NCBI GenBank assembly: GCA_015523565.1
Contig: WAKA01000005.1
Span: 1-18,870 of the forward strand
DNA from: Candidatus Heimdallarchaeota archaeon
Lineage (GTDB): Archaea; Asgardarchaeota; Heimdallarchaeia; Heimdallarchaeales; Kariarchaeaceae
Length of the DNA: 18,870 nt
Direction of reading: 5' to 3'
In this document: positions 16,860 through 18,870 of the stretch, piece by piece
Layout of the letters: every line of letters begins with the position of its first letter
Position numbering within the stretch: position 1 is the stretch's first letter
Notes under the pieces: model-generated
The model's database searches: none
What the model was told of the DNA's origin: nothing
The model's input: the letters and a program-made list of their open reading frames with translations, nothing else
Made by a program: the position numbers and the translations under genes

Positions 16860-17030
16860 AAACAAAAGTCTTTTTCGGAGCATGAGTTGTTGTATTTCAT
16901 TTTGTTCATCTGAGGCAATGAAAAAGCGGGGATTATTTTTGACAGAAATGTGAAGATGATTGCACCAGTATTGGAAGGAGCCAGTTATCCCTGAATTCAC
17001 CGCAAATACAGGATCTGAACGACACACATT

Positions 17031-17044
17031 AGAAACATATATTA
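17031..17044 (+). promoter_or_regulatory. BRE-TATA promoter of the RuBisCO gene
   Basis: AGAAACATATATTA, sharing an identical 11-mer with the copB promoter; C at 17036 is 35 nt before ATG 17071. Confidence 0.65.
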
Positions 17045-17070
17045 GGTTTCACAACTGACGTGGTTAACCT

Positions 17071-18372
17071 ATGACAGACAAGAAAATAGAGTGGTACCAT
17101 GACATGATTGACTTTTCGTACAAGCCAAAAGATTCAGACCTCGTTGCCCTGTTTTATTATGAGAAAGCAGAAGGGCTTACGGATGAGGATGTCATTGGTA
17201 GAATTGCATCTGAATCCTCAATCGGTACATGGACCACACTTGAGACACTTGATCCAAAAATATACGACATGCGAGCGAGATCCTATTGGAGAGACGGGAA
17301 TTTCGTTAAAATTGCATATCCCCTAGAGCTATGGGAAGAAGGAAACATGCCCCAAATACTTTCAGGGGTTGCAGGGAATGTATTCGGGATGAAAGCGGTC
17401 AAGAAACTCAGGCTTGTTGACATCAGCTTCCCAACAGAATTGGTGAAGAGTTGGAGGGGACCAAACAAGGGACCAAAGGCATTCAAGGACTTTCTTGGGA
17501 AAGAGGGACCCCTTACATCCTGCGTACCAAAACCAAAAATTGGAATGAGTGTAGACAAGCATGTGGAGGTTGCCTATGAAGTTTGGACAGGCGGAATTGA
17601 CTGCATCAAGGACGATGAGAACCTGACCAACCAGAAATTCAACCGTTTCAAGGACAGAGTTGAGAAGATGGCCATCGCAAGGGACAAAGCGGAAGCGGAG
17701 ACAGGTGAAAAGAAAGATGCGTTCATCAATGTCACTGCGGAAACAAAAGAGATGGAAAAACGTGCCAAACTGATTTATGACCATGGATTCAAGTATTTCA
17801 TGGTCGATGTTGTCACTACAGGCAATGCCGCAGTCCAGACTATGGTGAATTTCTCACATGATCACGACATGGCAATCCATGCACATAGGGCAATGCATGC
17901 CACCTTCACCAAACTTCCAACCCATGGTGTCAACATGTATCTTCTGGCCAAGATCATGAGAATAATCGGCGTTGACAATATCCACATAGGGACAGTTGTT
18001 GGAAAACTCGATTCACCAAAACAGGATGTGATTGACATGAAAAACATGCTTCTTGCAGACAATGTCAGAGGAGAGGGTACAAGATTCCTTGACCAGAATT
18101 TTGCAGGGATGAACAAGACGGTACCTGTTGCATCAGGCGGTCTCCATCCTGCAATTCTTCCAGAAGTCCTCAATATCTACAACACCCATGAAATGGCATT
18201 GCAAGTAGGAGGAGGCATACATGGACACCCAGATGGATCACATGCAGGAGCAATTGCCACCATCGATGCCATTGAAGCTTGGAAAGAAGGCATTAGCTTG
18301 GAAGAAAAGGCGAAAACCAGCGAACCATTGAGAAAAGCTCTTGAGAAATGGTCCTACATTAAACCTGTTTGA
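17071..18372 (+). CDS. rbcL: Ribulose-1,5-bisphosphate carboxylase large subunit, archaeal form III
   Basis: ASESSIGTWT, GNVFGMK, KPKIG, GGIDCIKDDENL (carbamylated Lys), HAHRAMH, IHIGTVVGKL, PVASGGLHP, QVGGGIHGHPDG. Full catalytic set present, so not a form IV RLP. Confidence 0.95.
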   Translation: MTDKKIEWYHDMIDFSYKPKDSDLVALFYYEKAEGLTDEDVIGRIASESSIGTWTTLETLDPKIYDMRARSYWRDGNFVKIAYPLELWEEGNMPQILSGVAGNVFGMKAVKKLRLVDISFPTELVKSWRGPNKGPKAFKDFLGKEGPLTSCVPKPKIGMSVDKHVEVAYEVWTGGIDCIKDDENLTNQKFNRFKDRVEKMAIARDKAEAETGEKKDAFINVTAETKEMEKRAKLIYDHGFKYFMVDVVTTGNAAVQTMVNFSHDHDMAIHAHRAMHATFTKLPTHGVNMYLLAKIMRIIGVDNIHIGTVVGKLDSPKQDVIDMKNMLLADNVRGEGTRFLDQNFAGMNKTVPVASGGLHPAILPEVLNIYNTHEMALQVGGGIHGHPDGSHAGAIATIDAIEAWKEGISLEEKAKTSEPLRKALEKWSYIKPV

Positions 18373-18782
18373 AGCAAAATAATATGAATTCAGGAAGAAG
18401 CAAAAATATTTTCAAACAATATGATTCAACCCTAATGTAAATGCCAACATTCAAAAAAATAACAATGATAATGAATTTAAATGACAACATCATAATTTAT
18501 GGAAGCACGATCGAAAATAAATAAAGAATTGAGAATACATTAATTGAATAGACAATTAAAATAAATAATAAGCAACAATACAATATTTAAGACAACAATT
18601 CGTATTTTTGTAAACCAATACCCAGTAAAATAATCGACATCCCATAGATCACCAGATTGTTTTAATATTGGCACAACCATTTTGTATAGTGAAGCAAAAA
18701 AGCCTAGTGATCTGGAAATGGTCAATCTGGTCATTCACCAATTATACTTCACGCCTTTAAGGGCGTTGCTGCTGCCCTGTTG

Positions 18783-18869
18783 TCATTTTGGCTCGGCATT
18801 GAGTTGAGATACCTTTCGGAGTCGAATTACAGCAGGGTGTTGAAAATCAATTGGGCCACGATAATTATG
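18783..18869 (-). CDS. Possible 3' end of a gene truncated by the window edge (...HNYRGPIDFQHPAVIRLRKVSQLNAEPK*)
   Basis: Open minus-strand frame from the edge to TGA at 18785-18783, followed by a small hairpin ACGCCT-TTAA-GGGCGT (18751-18766). Confidence 0.35.
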   Translation of the reverse strand, partial: HNYRGPIDFQHPAVIRLRKVSQLNAEPK

Positions 18870-18870
18870 A

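Noticed and set aside
16882-16953. Small Cys-rich ORF MSCCISFCSSEAMKKRGLFLTEM*
   Set aside because: No promoter, SD or coupling evidence; likely chance in intergenic DNA.
17071-18372. RuBisCO as evidence of Calvin-cycle autotrophy, or as a form IV RLP
   Set aside because: No prk or small subunit in the window; the full catalytic residue set excludes an RLP.
18540-18734. 64-aa minus-strand ORF in the ORF track
   Set aside because: Lies in AT-rich low-complexity DNA with no recognisable motif; not supported as a gene.

Overview
Archaeal chromosomal window. Evidence for the domain: BRE/TATA promoters about 29-36 nt upstream of apparently leaderless starts, a PriS-like primase and a form III RuBisCO. 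Two 7TM proteins, one with a longin/roadblock-like tail, and C-terminally anchored surface proteins suggest an Asgard (Heimdallarchaeia-like) host; this is inference. Gene order: partial WD40 surface protein, His-rich CopB-type Cu ATPase, two-domain AEP/PriS paralog, divergent subtilase and FG-GAP/TSP3 surface-protein pair, TM-zinc ribbon protein, membrane protein with duplicated AmoC/PmoC-like D-x3-H...H motifs, alpha/beta hydrolase, MFS transporter, Mesh1-like HD hydrolase, two divergent 7TM proteins, YjbQ, orphan, ArsC, membrane protein plus wHTH regulator, and a stand-alone form III RuBisCO. No rRNA, tRNA, CRISPR array or transposase was seen. Best leads: (i) an unannotated 20-aa Met/Cys-rich uORF at the predicted TSS, coupled to copB by an ATGA overlap (candidate copper-sensing leader peptide); (ii) a primase paralog that appears to carry a second, degenerate AEP domain; (iii) the AmoC/PmoC-motif membrane protein; (iv) the 7TM-longin/roadblock-like receptor. 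All family calls come from motif recognition by eye; no database searches were run.
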